From contig JAFZRN010000008.1 of NCBI GenBank assembly GCA_017619835.1, positions 25,490 through 89,489 of the forward strand: a stretch of DNA of 64,000 bases. The letters are read 5' to 3'. Within the stretch, counting starts at the first letter, position 1, and the number at the start of each line of letters is the position of its first letter. The stretch is from Eubacterium sp. Lineage in GTDB: Bacteria > Bacillota > Clostridia > Lachnospirales > Lachnospiraceae. Below, one piece after another: positions 23,784-34,523 of the stretch. Both the position numbers and the translations under genes were made by a program. A model generated the notes under the pieces. That model saw only the letters and a list, made by a program, of their open reading frames with translations, ran no database searches and was not told where the DNA came from.

Positions 23784-25028
23784 ATGAAAGAATTCATGAG
23801 TGCATTGGGAGAATTACAGCCGGCTACACTGGTACTGCTTATCTTTGCCGCTGTACTGTTACTTCTTCTTATAATTCTTATAATAGTTACTATCAGAGTA
23901 CTCAAGTCCGGTTCGGATTCCGACGATGACAGAGAGGAGTCCGAAGTAAAAGATAAATCCGAGAATAAGGATTCCGATGAGGATGAAGAGGAAGAAGAGG
24001 ACGAGACTACCAAGAAGATAAATGAGGCCGTTAAGTCTGTTGAAGAGACAAAGGCCAGGATTGAAGCCGAGAAGATCGCCAAGGAAGCCGAGGCTGCAAG
24101 AAAAGCCAGGGACGAAGAAGAAAGAGCGGGAATCAAGGCCAGAGTTGAAGAGATCGCCGAGTCGGTTAAGAAAGATTCTTCAGGTGAAGAGGAGGTTAAG
24201 CCTGCTCCGGCTCCAAAGCCTGCTGAAGAGCCTGAAGACGATGAAGACGATGAAGAATATGATGAAGAATATGAAGACGGTGATGAGGAGTTCGATGACA
24301 CCGAAATTACCGGAAAGCTTGATACAGTCAAGATAGAAGAAGAGCTCAGAAAAGCCGGATACATGGATAAGGTTGACGGTACTGAGGATGCTGAGAATCT
24401 TAAGGCCAAGTCCGAAGAGTATGAGCCTGAACTCGACAGCGCATTTGTAGATAAGCCGGAGGTTCCCGAAGGCAAGACACTTGATGCTACCGAAGAAGCT
24501 GTGGTTTCCGAGGCTGTTAAGGCTACTCGTCAGAAAGAGCCTAAGGAAAAGAAGAAAAAGAGGAGAGAGCCTGTTATCGAGAAGCCTGCATTTGTCGGTG
24601 TTAAGAGTTACTGGTACAACAAGCAGGATGTCGAAGGCCTTGCCCGTAAGGAAGATATCTACTTCAAGAGTCATTACTTCGAGGATCCGGATGATCCTAT
24701 CCTTGATCTTATCACGGAAATGTATGACTGCGGATATGTTCGTACAGAGCAGCTCCAGAGGATAGCATACGGAATCACATTTAAGTCTCTCGGAATGAAG
24801 GAAATCCTTCAGTCAGAGGAGAAGATAGGATTCAGCAAGGAGGCTGCGACAAAAGAGCCTACCGAATCCGATAAGGAAGAGATTTACAAGAAGTGGTGCG
24901 AGTATGTGGACAGCTTCAAAGATATAATTGTCATAGAGTCAACAAATGAGATTGAGGATTATATCTATAAGAAGATGTATGCATATGGTCATAAGGATGT
25001 TGAGGACCTGATGAACAGCCCTTATTAA
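23784..25028 (+). CDS. Membrane-anchored hypothetical protein with a long Asp/Glu/Lys-rich linker
   Basis: N-terminal TM helix LVLLIFAAVLLLLLIILIIV, an acidic low-complexity region of about 200 aa, and a C-terminal globular region of about 170 aa with no motif I recognise. Confidence 0.6.
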   Translation: MKEFMSALGELQPATLVLLIFAAVLLLLLIILIIVTIRVLKSGSDSDDDREESEVKDKSENKDSDEDEEEEEDETTKKINEAVKSVEETKARIEAEKIAKEAEAARKARDEEERAGIKARVEEIAESVKKDSSGEEEVKPAPAPKPAEEPEDDEDDEEYDEEYEDGDEEFDDTEITGKLDTVKIEEELRKAGYMDKVDGTEDAENLKAKSEEYEPELDSAFVDKPEVPEGKTLDATEEAVVSEAVKATRQKEPKEKKKKRREPVIEKPAFVGVKSYWYNKQDVEGLARKEDIYFKSHYFEDPDDPILDLITEMYDCGYVRTEQLQRIAYGITFKSLGMKEILQSEEKIGFSKEAATKEPTESDKEEIYKKWCEYVDSFKDIIVIESTNEIEDYIYKKMYAYGHKDVEDLMNSPY

Positions 25029-25036
25029 TATTCTTC

Positions 25037-25065
25037 TTGACAAGGACCATATCAGTAACTATAAT
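25037..25065 (+). promoter_or_regulatory. Consensus sigma-A promoter of the pheST leader
   Basis: TTGACA, 17-nt spacer, TATAAT, all exact. Confidence 0.75.
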
Positions 25066-25071
25066 CGAATG

Positions 25072-25321
25072 AAATTTGAATAACCCAAGACTATGATGGT
25101 GCATAAAGCTGCCAAGGGTCACTAAAGAGAGACGAGGTCACTGGCTGGAAGCCTTGTCAGAAAGAGGTGGCAGTTATCTTCACACCGGAGTTGCCGGACT
25201 GAAAATATATAGTAGGTTTGGACGTTGGACGCGATAAGTCTCATAATTAAGTTATAAAAACGGGTGGTACCGCGAATGATTCGCCCCGGATGTCTATAAT
25301 GACATCCGGGGCTTTAGTTTT
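25072..25321 (+). promoter_or_regulatory. T-box leader (Phe specifier) controlling pheST
   Basis: AAAGAGAGA stem I element, UUC followed by A at 25179-25182, T-box core AAACGGGTGGTACCGCG at 25258-25274, and an alternative terminator downstream. Confidence 0.88.
25284..25321 (+). terminator. Terminator hairpin of the Phe T-box
   Basis: CCCCGGATGTC-tataat-GACATCCGGGG followed by CTTTAGTTTT. Confidence 0.85.
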
Positions 25322-25360
25322 GATAATACCACACATATCATATAGGAGGTTTTCACTATC

Positions 25361-26437
25361 ATGAAAGAAATGCTTGAAAAGATTAAGCAGGAAGCAGAGC
25401 AGAGAATAGCCGAGTCCGGCACTCCAGAAATGCTGGACGATATCAAGGTCGCTGTTCTCGGTAAGAAGGGTGAGCTGACACAGATCCTTAAAGGTATGAA
25501 GGATCTTTCACCGGAGGAAAGACCTAAGGTAGGTCAGATGGTAAATGATGTCAGAGCCTACATTGAAGATAAGATGAATGAGAAGAAAGATGCTATCAGA
25601 AGAGAGCTTCTTACACAGAAGATGGCAAGAGAGACAATAGATGTTACTCTTCCCGGAACAAAGATGATAAGAGGTCATAAGCATCCCAATCAGATCGCTC
25701 TCGAAGATCTTGAGAGAGTATTTATCGGAATGGGCTACGAGGTTGTTGACGGTCCCGAAGTTGAGTATGACCGTATGAACTTCAAGCTTCTCAATATCCC
25801 CGAGAATCATCCCGCAAAGGATGAGCAGGATACCTTCTATATAGCAAGAGGAGAGACGACGGAGCAGGATATCCTTCTTCGTACACAGACATCCTCTGTT
25901 CAGGCACGTATAATGCTGGCTGCAGGTAAGCTTAAGGAAACTTCCAAGGGCTTTCCGGAAGGCCACCTTCCTATAAAGATAATATCTCCCGGACGTGTGT
26001 TCAGATCGGATGAGGTGGATGCAACACATTCTCCTTCCTTCCATCAGGTAGAGGGTCTTGTTATAGGAAAGGGAGTTACGATGGCAGACCTTAAGGGTAC
26101 CCTTGATCAGTTTGCTACAAGTTTCTTCGGACCTAAGACAAAGACCAAGCTCCGTCCACATCATTTCCCGTTCACCGAGCCTTCTGCAGAGGTTGATGTA
26201 ACCTGCTTCAAATGCGGTGGCAAGGGCTGCGGCGTATGTAAGGGTTCAGGCTGGATAGAGATCCTCGGCTGTGGTATGGTTCATCCTCACGTTCTTGAGA
26301 TGTGCGGAATCGATCCCGAGCAGTACAGCGGCTTCGCATTCGGAATCGGACTTGAGAGAGTTGCACTTCTGAAGTACGAGATCGCAGATATGAGACTAAT
26401 GTATGAGAACGATATACGTTTTCTGGAGCAGTTCTAG
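25361..26437 (+). CDS. pheS: Phenylalanine--tRNA ligase alpha subunit
   Basis: HPAKDEQDTFY, FRSDEVDATHSPSFHQVEG, FAFGIGLERV. Confidence 0.95.
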   Translation: MKEMLEKIKQEAEQRIAESGTPEMLDDIKVAVLGKKGELTQILKGMKDLSPEERPKVGQMVNDVRAYIEDKMNEKKDAIRRELLTQKMARETIDVTLPGTKMIRGHKHPNQIALEDLERVFIGMGYEVVDGPEVEYDRMNFKLLNIPENHPAKDEQDTFYIARGETTEQDILLRTQTSSVQARIMLAAGKLKETSKGFPEGHLPIKIISPGRVFRSDEVDATHSPSFHQVEGLVIGKGVTMADLKGTLDQFATSFFGPKTKTKLRPHHFPFTEPSAEVDVTCFKCGGKGCGVCKGSGWIEILGCGMVHPHVLEMCGIDPEQYSGFAFGIGLERVALLKYEIADMRLMYENDIRFLEQF

Positions 26438-26515
26438 GACGGCGGCTGCGAAGCAGACGGATTCGCGATTGAGACGTCCTATAGATGAATATATTGATGA
26501 TTAAAGGAGAATACA

Positions 26516-28948
26516 ATGAATACACCTATATCATGGATAAAAGCATATGTTCCTGACCTGGATGTTACTCCTCAGGAATTTGTAGATAAGATAACCCTTT
26601 CGGGTTCACATGTGGAAAATTATAATCAGTACGATAAGAATCTCGAGAAGATCGTTGTAGGAAAGGTTCTTTCGATCGATAAGCACCCCGATGCAGATAA
26701 GCTTGTTATCTGTCAGGTGGATGTGGGAGCTGCAGAGCCCATCCAGATCGTGACCGGAGCTCCCAACGTAGTTGTAGGAGCACTTGTTCCGACGGTTCTC
26801 GACGGCGGCAAGGTTGCAGGCGGACATGATGGCGGAGAACTTCCTCCCGATGGTATCCGTATCAAGGCAGGAAAGCTTAGAGGCGTTCCTTCGGCAGGTA
26901 TGATGTGCGCGATCGAGGAGCTCGGTTCATCCAGAGATCTCTATCCAGAAGCACCTGAAGACGGTATATACATTTTCCCTGCAGGTGCAGACGTTAAGCC
27001 CGGTGACGATGCTGTCAAGGCTCTCGGACTTGATGATACTAATGTCGAGTATGAGATCACATCAAACCGTGTAGACTGTTTTTCTATAATAGGTATGGCA
27101 AGAGAGGCAGCTGCAACATTTGATCTTGACTTCAAGCCTCCTGTTATCGAGGTTAAGGAAAAGTCAAAGGAAGAGACAAAAGATTATATCGATGTAGATA
27201 TTCAGGATACAAAGCTCTGCAAGAGATATATCGCAAGAGTAGTTAAGAATGTCAAGATAGGCCCTTCACCCAAGTGGATGCAGGACAGACTCCGCAGCCA
27301 GGGAATCAGAGCCATCAACAATATCGTTGATATAACAAACTATGTAATGGAGGAAATGGGTCAGCCGATGCATGCTTTCGACCTTTCCACTATTGCCGGT
27401 AATAAGATTATAGTAAGACGTGCACAGGACGGAGATAAGTTCACTACACTCGATGGTATCGAAAGAGATCTGGATAAGGATGTTCTTATGATCTGTGACG
27501 GAGAGAAGGAAGTTGCCATCGCAGGTATCATGGGTGGTGAGAATTCCATGGTAACCGATTCAATGGATACGCTTCTTTTCGAGGCTGCATGCTTCGACGG
27601 AACAAGCATCCGTCTTTCCGAAAGACGTCTCGGACTCAGAACAGATTCCGCAGGTAAGTTCGAAAAGGGTCTTGATCCGAATCTTGCCGAGGAAGCTATC
27701 AACCGTGCATGCCAGCTCGTTGAAGAGATGGGATGCGGCGAGGTTCTTAAGGGAAGCGTGGATGTATATCCTGAGCCTGTAAAGCCATGGACGCTTCCGT
27801 TTGAGCCGGACAAGATGAATGCACTTCTGGGACTTAATATCCCTGTTGATACACAGCTTCATATATATGACAGACTTGGTCTTACATATAATGAAGAGGA
27901 TCAGACACTTACGATACCTACCTTCAGACAGGACCTTCTCTCAAGAGCAGATCTTGCAGAAGAGATCGCGCGTATATACGGATATGATAAGATCCCTTCG
28001 ACACTTCCGACAACCAATGCCGGAATCGGCGGAATATCATATAATGAGAGCATCAACAGGATCGCAAGAAGTGTTTCGGAGGATAACGGTTTCTCACAGG
28101 CTATGTTCTACAGCTTCGAGAGCCCCCGTGTATTCGATAAGCTTCTCATTCCTTCAGACAGTTCTATCAGACAGGCTATAAAGATCAGTAATCCTCTGGG
28201 TGAGGACTTTAGTATAATGAGAACGCTGCCGCTTAACGGACTTCTCACATCACTTTCCATCAACTTCAACAGAAGGAATAAGAACGTTCGCCTGTATGAA
28301 CTTGGTAAGGTTTATATCCCGAAGGAGCTTCCTCTCAAGGAGCTTCCCGATGAGAAGGAGAGACTTGCTCTCGGTATGTACGGAGAGGGAGATTTCTTCA
28401 CACTTAAGGGTGTTGTTGAAGAGCTTCTGAATAAGCTTAATTTCGGAAAGGACTGCGAGTTCGTTCCTACAAAGGAGCATCCGTTCCTTCATCCCGGAAG
28501 ACAGGCTAATATCCAGAAGGGTAAGCTAAATGTCGGCTATATCGGACAGCTTCATCCCGAGGCAGCACTTAATTATGATATGAAATGCGAAGTTTACGTT
28601 GCAGTTATCAATATGGACGTAGCTGCAATGCTCGCCAAGTTCGATATCAAGTATACGGGTATCGCAAGATTCCCTGCATCCACAAGAGACCTTGCACTTG
28701 TATGTGATAAGGGTGTCTATGTTGGAGATATCGAAAAGATCATCCGTAAGAATGCGGGCCAGTATCTTGAATCTCTCGAGCTCTTCGATGTATATGAAGG
28801 TGAGCAGGTAGGAGAAGGCAAGAAGAGTGTTGCATTCTCGCTGGCATTCAGAAGTGTTGACCATACACTTAAGGATGACGAGGTTAACCCCGCCATCGAT
28901 AAGATACTTTCGGCACTCAGTGCAGAAGGAATTGAGATAAGAGCATAA
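26516..28948 (+). CDS. pheT: Phenylalanine--tRNA ligase beta subunit
   Basis: [12 protein letters not shown]..., an N-terminal tRNA-binding domain, B3/4 and B5 regions, and length of 810 aa. Confidence 0.95.
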   Translation: MNTPISWIKAYVPDLDVTPQEFVDKITLSGSHVENYNQYDKNLEKIVVGKVLSIDKHPDADKLVICQVDVGAAEPIQIVTGAPNVVVGALVPTVLDGGKVAGGHDGGELPPDGIRIKAGKLRGVPSAGMMCAIEELGSSRDLYPEAPEDGIYIFPAGADVKPGDDAVKALGLDDTNVEYEITSNRVDCFSIIGMAREAAATFDLDFKPPVIEVKEKSKEETKDYIDVDIQDTKLCKRYIARVVKNVKIGPSPKWMQDRLRSQGIRAINNIVDITNYVMEEMGQPMHAFDLSTIAGNKIIVRRAQDGDKFTTLDGIERDLDKDVLMICDGEKEVAIAGIMGGENSMVTDSMDTLLFEAACFDGTSIRLSERRLGLRTDSAGKFEKGLDPNLAEEAINRACQLVEEMGCGEVLKGSVDVYPEPVKPWTLPFEPDKMNALLGLNIPVDTQLHIYDRLGLTYNEEDQTLTIPTFRQDLLSRADLAEEIARIYGYDKIPSTLPTTNAGIGGISYNESINRIARSVSEDNGFSQAMFYSFESPRVFDKLLIPSDSSIRQAIKISNPLGEDFSIMRTLPLNGLLTSLSINFNRRNKNVRLYELGKVYIPKELPLKELPDEKERLALGMYGEGDFFTLKGVVEELLNKLNFGKDCEFVPTKEHPFLHPGRQANIQKGKLNVGYIGQLHPEAALNYDMKCEVYVAVINMDVAAMLAKFDIKYTGIARFPASTRDLALVCDKGVYVGDIEKIIRKNAGQYLESLELFDVYEGEQVGEGKKSVAFSLAFRSVDHTLKDDEVNPAIDKILSALSAEGIEIRA

Positions 28949-28949
28949 T

Positions 28950-30023
28950 ATGAACGTTAGTGATTTTAACTATGAGCTTCCCCCCGAGCTGATCGCCCAG
29001 GACCCGCTTGAAAAGCGTGACAATTCACGCCTCATGGTGATCCACCGCGACACCGGGGAGATAGAGCATAGAAGCTTTTATGACATAATCGAATATCTTA
29101 ACGAAGGAGACTGTCTGGTAATAAACGATACAAAGGTTATTCCGGCCAGGCTTCTTGGCGTGAAGGAAGAAACCGGAGCCGCAGTCGAAGTCCTTCTTCT
29201 CAAGAATAAGGGTGATAATGTCTGGGAATGCCTTGTAAAGCCCGGCAAGAAATTAAAGCCCGGTGCAAGGGTATGCTTCGGCGGTTCTGATGACACTCCG
29301 ATTCTTCGAGGTGAGATTATAGATACAGTCGAAGAGGGCAACCGTCTCGTTCGCTTTACTTATGAAGGAATATGGGAAGAGGTTCTTGACAGACTCGGAG
29401 AGATGCCGCTTCCGCCTTATATAACTCATAAGCTTAAGGATAGAGACCGTTACCAGACCGTATATGCGAAGAATTCGGGAAGTGCGGCTGCACCTACTGC
29501 AGGACTTCATTTTACTGAAGAGCTGCTTAAGGATATTGAGGCAAAGGGTATAAGCATCGCAAGACTGACTCTTCATGTCGGACTCGGAACCTTCAGGCCG
29601 GTAAAGGTCGATAAGATCGAAGACCATCATATGCATACAGAGTATTATGAGCTGTCCGAAGAGGCTGCCGATACGATAAATAAGGCAAGACGCCGCGGTG
29701 GCCGAATCATTTCCGTAGGCACCACAAGCACCAGAACTCTGGAAACGGTTGGTGTCGCACAAGGTTTACATAAAGTTGCTGCGGACAGCGGGGATTATAA
29801 AGACATTAAGGCATCAAGCGGGTGGACGGATATATTTATCTACCCGGGCTATGAATTCAGGGTGGTGGATTCGCTGATCACGAATTTCCATCTTCCCGAG
29901 TCCACACTAATCATGCTGGTGTCGGCATTTTACGACCGCCAGTCCGTGATGAAGGCATATGAATCGGCTGTTAAAGAAAGATACAGATTCTTCTCCTTCG
30001 GGGATGCCATGATTTTATTATGA
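28950..30023 (+). CDS. queA: S-adenosylmethionine:tRNA ribosyltransferase-isomerase
   Basis: [45 protein letters not shown]. Confidence 0.95.
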   Translation: MNVSDFNYELPPELIAQDPLEKRDNSRLMVIHRDTGEIEHRSFYDIIEYLNEGDCLVINDTKVIPARLLGVKEETGAAVEVLLLKNKGDNVWECLVKPGKKLKPGARVCFGGSDDTPILRGEIIDTVEEGNRLVRFTYEGIWEEVLDRLGEMPLPPYITHKLKDRDRYQTVYAKNSGSAAAPTAGLHFTEELLKDIEAKGISIARLTLHVGLGTFRPVKVDKIEDHHMHTEYYELSEEAADTINKARRRGGRIISVGTTSTRTLETVGVAQGLHKVAADSGDYKDIKASSGWTDIFIYPGYEFRVVDSLITNFHLPESTLIMLVSAFYDRQSVMKAYESAVKERYRFFSFGDAMILL

Positions 30024-31837
30024 AAAACATTCGTGACAGTATAAAACTTTTCAGATTTAACCTGCTTAACATACTGTTGTTTGAAATCTTTCTTACAACA
30101 GTTTCTTTTGCTGTCCTGATACCGCTTTATTATGCATTTATTAATCTGGCCATCAATCTTTCCGGCATAGGCTATATGACAAAGGAGAATGCCGCGCGCT
30201 TCTTCAAGGCGCCGTCTACCTATGCATTTTTAGTTCTGATGCTGCTTTTCGTGGCCATGTATATCATGATAAATGTTTCCGCGGTGAGCTATGCTTATCA
30301 CCGCGCGAACTATCTTAAGAAGACCGGTCCGATCAAGATGTCGCTTTTTGCGATAAGGTCGGCCATAAGGCTTCTTCGTCCAAGAAACTATCCGATGATC
30401 TTATTCATCCTCTGTTATCTTCCCGTTATCGGAAATGTCGTCCTCACCTTCAGACTTCTCAATATCAAGGCACCTTATGCGATAGATATCATTTCCTTTA
30501 ATATCTATGTTACGGTCATTTCTCTTGTGGTATATGTCCTGCTTGTGCTATATACTTACCGGCACATGTTTGTTATACATATATATAATGTAGAAAGAGT
30601 TGATTATTTTGAGGCGGTTAAAAGGTCTGAGGATATTCTTAAGGGTAAGAGGACGAGGAATTATCTCGGGCTTCTGGGCTGGCTTGTGATAACGATTGGT
30701 ATTCCGGCTCTGCTTCTTTACTTTTACAGCGGCCCCATTCTGGATCAGGTATTAAGATCACCGGCTGCGATCAAGATATCGGGTATGGTTTATGAGACGG
30801 TCCGAATCGTATTCTCGGGAGTATATGTTATCTTCGGGCTGCCGCTCATTTATGCTTATATATGTAATTCCTACTATGATCTGATACCCGGAGATGAAAA
30901 TGTTCCGGATCTTGATGATTATGATGATGATTCAAGGAAGACAAAGGGCGTTGCGAGAAGAGTATTTGCCATCGTGCTGATACTTGCCATTCTGATGGAC
31001 GGGGGCTTCTATCTGCTTAAGCGTTACAATATCATTTCCATTAATGCCGACTATATGAATAAGGTAAAGGTGACAGCACACAGAGGCTACTCTGCGAGGG
31101 CTCCGGAGAATTCAATGGCGGCATTTGAAAAGGCTATCGAGAGTGATGCCGATGTGATCGAGCTGGATGTAAGAGAGACCAAGGATGGCGAGATAGTCGT
31201 CATGCATGATGAAAGCCTGAAAAGAACATGCGGCGTAGATAAGAAGGTCGGAAAACTTACCTATGAAGAGCTTCAGGAATATACAATCGGAAATGAGTAT
31301 AAGGGTAAGAACAAGGCGGATTTTGAAAATGAAAGGATACCGACTTTAAGAGAAGTTATCGAGACTGTCGGTGACAGGGCAGAGCTTAATATCGAGCTTA
31401 AGCCTGCGAAGACGGATGAAGGGCTCGAGGAGAAGGTCGCCGATATAATCCGTGAATATGATTATTATGATAACTGCGTGGTAACGTCGCTTGTATATAG
31501 ATGTATCAGAAAGACCAAGCAGTATGATCCCAAGATAAAGACGATATATGTCATGGCCATGGCCATGGGAGACTTCTACGGGCTTGAATATGCCGACGGA
31601 TTCAGCATTAAGAGCCGCTTTATCAATAATGAGGTGATAAGCAATTCTCATAAGGCCGGAAAAGAGGTCTATGCCTGGACGATAGATGATAAGGAAACGC
31701 TGGAGAGGATGATGCTTCTCGATGTGGACTGTATCATAACCAACAATCCCGATTATATCCGTCGTGCAATGTATGAAAACTATTACGGAGATACGCTGAT
31801 CAAGAGAATAAATATATATCTTGAGAATCAGTTATAG
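30020..31837 (+). CDS. Membrane-anchored glycerophosphodiester phosphodiesterase (N-terminal GDPD membrane domain plus GDPD catalytic domain)
   Basis: About 7 TM helices, then [17 protein letters not shown]...[18 protein letters not shown]. The ATG overlaps the queA stop (ATGA). Confidence 0.88.
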   Translation: MKNIRDSIKLFRFNLLNILLFEIFLTTVSFAVLIPLYYAFINLAINLSGIGYMTKENAARFFKAPSTYAFLVLMLLFVAMYIMINVSAVSYAYHRANYLKKTGPIKMSLFAIRSAIRLLRPRNYPMILFILCYLPVIGNVVLTFRLLNIKAPYAIDIISFNIYVTVISLVVYVLLVLYTYRHMFVIHIYNVERVDYFEAVKRSEDILKGKRTRNYLGLLGWLVITIGIPALLLYFYSGPILDQVLRSPAAIKISGMVYETVRIVFSGVYVIFGLPLIYAYICNSYYDLIPGDENVPDLDDYDDDSRKTKGVARRVFAIVLILAILMDGGFYLLKRYNIISINADYMNKVKVTAHRGYSARAPENSMAAFEKAIESDADVIELDVRETKDGEIVVMHDESLKRTCGVDKKVGKLTYEELQEYTIGNEYKGKNKADFENERIPTLREVIETVGDRAELNIELKPAKTDEGLEEKVADIIREYDYYDNCVVTSLVYRCIRKTKQYDPKIKTIYVMAMAMGDFYGLEYADGFSIKSRFINNEVISNSHKAGKEVYAWTIDDKETLERMMLLDVDCIITNNPDYIRRAMYENYYGDTLIKRINIYLENQL

Positions 31838-31891
31838 ACTTATCTTCATATTTATAATATACTACATAAGGTTAAAAGAAAGGATTCCCTT

Positions 31892-32383
31892 ATGTTACAT
31901 TACGTTATTGTATTTTTAATATCCATGGTACCGCTTATCGAGCTTCGTATCGCAATCCCCTATGCAATAGGACTCGGACTTAATATACCGCTTTCCTATG
32001 CAGTGGCGATCATCGGTAACATGGTTCCGGTTCCCTTTATTTTCTTCTTTGCAAGAAAGGTTCTTGAGTGGGGAGCTGTATTCAACTGGCCCAAGGGCTT
32101 CGGATGGATCGGAAAGTTCTTCCGTTTCTGCCTTGAGAAGGGTGAGAAGGGCGGACAGAAGCTTACAGCAAAAGCCGGCCGCAGCACTTATGTTGCGCTT
32201 CTCCTTTTTGTGGGAATCCCCCTTCCCGGAACAGGTGCATGGACAGGTACACTTGCCGCAAGCATACTGGACCTGGATTTCAAAAAGAGTGTTATTGCGG
32301 TTCTCGGCGGGATCATCCTGGCCGGAGTTATAATGGGGCTCGGCAGCTTTAGTATCTTTAGTGCCATCCGAGCATTATTTTAA
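31892..32383 (+). CDS. Small multidrug-export-like membrane protein (COG2426 family)
   Basis: SMVPLIELRIAIPYAIGLGL...GNMVPVPFI and GIPLPGTGAWTG. Confidence 0.75.
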   Translation: MLHYVIVFLISMVPLIELRIAIPYAIGLGLNIPLSYAVAIIGNMVPVPFIFFFARKVLEWGAVFNWPKGFGWIGKFFRFCLEKGEKGGQKLTAKAGRSTYVALLLFVGIPLPGTGAWTGTLAASILDLDFKKSVIAVLGGIILAGVIMGLGSFSIFSAIRALF

Positions 32384-32400
32384 TATAGAATGAGATTGGT

Positions 32401-33474
32401 ATGATTAAACTTATATCCTCAAAACTGAATATACGAAAGATCTCGGCCGTCCTTATCCTCGCGATAATCTTCTCCCTTACATCCTGTACGGCAAAAAAGG
32501 AAGAGGACACCACGGAGACTACGGAATCAGATGAACTTGGTCTTACAGATTCCGACGGATTCGTTACAGTCAAGGATTATGTGGCAACGGTTCAGGATAA
32601 TGTCCGTATAAGACGTGAACCCAATGATGATGCAGATGTATATATTACTCTTGATAAGGGTGTTGATCTGACAAGGACCGGAATCAAGGATGAGTGGACA
32701 AGAGTTCTTCTTAACGGCAGCAGCTTCTATGTTCAGTCCAAGTTTGTGGAAGAAACCTATATCAACTGGGCTACGGAAACAAATGTTGAAAGAGCAACTC
32801 ATTCGGTATATATAGATCCTGCAAAGCAGATCAGCGAGGATCTGACATTTGAAGCTGTCAGTCCTGAAATAGAAGTTCCTCAGGGAGCGGCTAATGCAAC
32901 ATATACCGATGCTACGGGAATGAAGAAGAAGATGACTGCTTCCGCAGTAGGTGTAAGTTCGGGAATCTTCGAGTATGATGTTACGATGGGAATTGCCGAA
33001 TATCTGAATGCAGAGCTGGTAAAGCGTGGATATACGGTATATATGTCCAGAACCACCAATAACGTTGACTTAAGTAATGCAAAGAGAGCCCAGATGGCGA
33101 ATGCATGTAATGCCGAGGTATATATCAAGCTTGCAGCACCTTCAACCCGTGATCCACAGACTACCGGTATGCTCGGATTTATCACGACTTCTACGAATTC
33201 TCATAATGCTAATCTTTATCAGAAGAACTTTGAGCTCTGCTATGATCTTTTGAAAGAAGCGTGCGAGAATACAAACCAGAAGCGTCTCGGTATATATGAG
33301 ACGGATGATCTGACTTCTCTCAATTACTGTGACATTCCTGCCACAGTCATCAACATGGGATTCCTTTCTAATGAGCTGGATGATAGAAATCTTAATGACG
33401 AGGAATTCAGAAAGAAGATGGCTCTCGGCATAGCCGACGGAATCGACCTTTATTTTGAAGAAATAGAGAAATAA
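32401..33474 (+). CDS. Lipoprotein with an SH3b domain and an Amidase_3-like domain whose predicted active-site residues are substituted
   Basis: Lipobox LTSC. SH3b-like VRIRREPNDDADV..WTRV. The Amidase_3-like backbone reads IDPAKQ.., EYDVTMGIAEYLNAELVKRGYTVYMSR, SNAKRAQMAN, VYIKLAAP and TVINMGFLSN. Confidence 0.7.
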   Translation: MIKLISSKLNIRKISAVLILAIIFSLTSCTAKKEEDTTETTESDELGLTDSDGFVTVKDYVATVQDNVRIRREPNDDADVYITLDKGVDLTRTGIKDEWTRVLLNGSSFYVQSKFVEETYINWATETNVERATHSVYIDPAKQISEDLTFEAVSPEIEVPQGAANATYTDATGMKKKMTASAVGVSSGIFEYDVTMGIAEYLNAELVKRGYTVYMSRTTNNVDLSNAKRAQMANACNAEVYIKLAAPSTRDPQTTGMLGFITTSTNSHNANLYQKNFELCYDLLKEACENTNQKRLGIYETDDLTSLNYCDIPATVINMGFLSNELDDRNLNDEEFRKKMALGIADGIDLYFEEIEK

Positions 33475-33537
33475 AAGTGTTGCTTGACTACTAAAACAAA
33501 TGGGAATACTATCTGATATATAGAGTAAAATAGTATA

Positions 33538-33565
33538 TTGACAATCATAGTATTTCTGATAAAAT
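33538..33565 (+). promoter_or_regulatory. Candidate strong promoter of an orphan short transcript
   Basis: TTGACA (33538-33543), 16-nt spacer, TAAAAT (33560-33565) with an extended -10 TG at 33557-33558. The direct repeat AATCATAGT occurs at 33543 and 33563. Confidence 0.5.
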
Positions 33566-33571
33566 CATAGT

Positions 33572-33666
33572 CAAAGGAGAGTCCTGCCTATAGAAGTGGA
33601 CATTAAACAGAATAGCTTCACCTTTTAGGCGAACTATTACAAGGGCTGTGGTAACACGGCCCTTTT
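33572..33666 (+). ncRNA. Candidate small RNA of about 95 nt (promoter-to-terminator unit without a credible ORF)
   Basis: Runs from the inferred TSS to the terminator GGGCTGTG-gtaa-CACGGCCC-TTTT (33643-33666). Internal helix TGCCTA/TAGGCG. The only possible ORF is a 10-codon GTG frame. Confidence 0.35.
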
Positions 33667-33715
33667 ACATTTGGGGTAATAAATATGGTAATAGAATTGA
33701 TAAATATAAATAAAT

Positions 33716-33742
33716 AATCGCGAGGTTTCAAACCTCGCGATT
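33716..33742. terminator. Terminator hairpin of the minus-strand secreted-protein gene
   Basis: AATCGCGAGGTT-tca-AACCTCGCGATT is a 12-bp perfect stem, T-rich on both sides. Confidence 0.8.
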
Positions 33743-33746
33743 TATT

Positions 33747-34523
33747 TTACATTGATCCTAAAGGAATAGCATATGTACTTACTTTATAGCAATGTGTAAG
33801 CAACATATAATTTCGTTGTTTCTCCACCAGTTTATTATAACCTGAAGAAACCTTTATCTTCTTATATTTTATAGTTATGGTCCCACTGTTGTAGTTGGAT
33901 TTCATCTTTATCTTAGTAACGCGTCCGCCCTTCACGGTATTGTCAAATGTGATGGTTGAACTATATTCTTTGCTCTGAGCGATAAAACCGTTTCCATCAT
34001 ATTCATATACGGATTTGCCGTTTCTTATAAGTCTTCCCTGTTCGTCGTATACAATAGAAACATTATAACCATATGAAGAGTGGTATTCACTTATTCTGCC
34101 ATTTTCATAATTATACATAAAATAGGAATGGTTGGCCTTATCATCAGCTTTGGTTATCTTGCCTTTCTTCCATGTATATTTGTAGTCTGTGGGTGCTCCG
34201 TCACCCTGCTGGATATAGGCTTTCTTTATTTTCTTTCCTTTATAAGTATATTTTGCATAATATACATTCTCAGGAGACTTATCACTGCTCTTCATATTGA
34301 CCTTCTTAATGAGTCCGTTCTTATTATACTTGAAGGTATAAGTGTCTTTTACAGTCTTCTTGTTATAGCTGTTTGTGGTTTTTACCGTTATGCTGGATAT
34401 AACATAGACTGTTTTCTTGGATGCTGCAAAGCTCGGGATTCCTGTCCCGAAAGTCATGGCCAGGACCATTAAAAATGCAACTGTCACGTTAAATGATTTC
34501 CTGATATTTGTCTTTATCTTCAT
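33747..34523 (-). CDS. Secreted repeat protein with YD-repeat-like beta-hairpin motifs
   Basis: Signal peptide ...GIPSFAASKK. Repeated Y-x-Y-x-x-G motifs such as VYDEQGRLIRNGKSVYEYDGNGFI. Start set to ATG 34523, which has an AAAGGGGAG SD. Confidence 0.6.
   Translation of the reverse strand: MKIKTNIRKSFNVTVAFLMVLAMTFGTGIPSFAASKKTVYVISSITVKTTNSYNKKTVKDTYTFKYNKNGLIKKVNMKSSDKSPENVYYAKYTYKGKKIKKAYIQQGDGAPTDYKYTWKKGKITKADDKANHSYFMYNYENGRISEYHSSYGYNVSIVYDEQGRLIRNGKSVYEYDGNGFIAQSKEYSSTITFDNTVKGGRVTKIKMKSNYNSGTITIKYKKIKVSSGYNKLVEKQRNYMLLTHCYKVSTYAIPLGSM

Noticed and set aside
23702-24475. 257-aa Ser-rich ORF on the minus strand
   Set aside because: It is the antisense mirror of the GA-rich DNA encoding the Asp/Glu/Lys-rich linker of the + strand gene 23784..25028. 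It is pure low complexity (poly-Ser), has no SD, and overlaps the end of the LCP gene.
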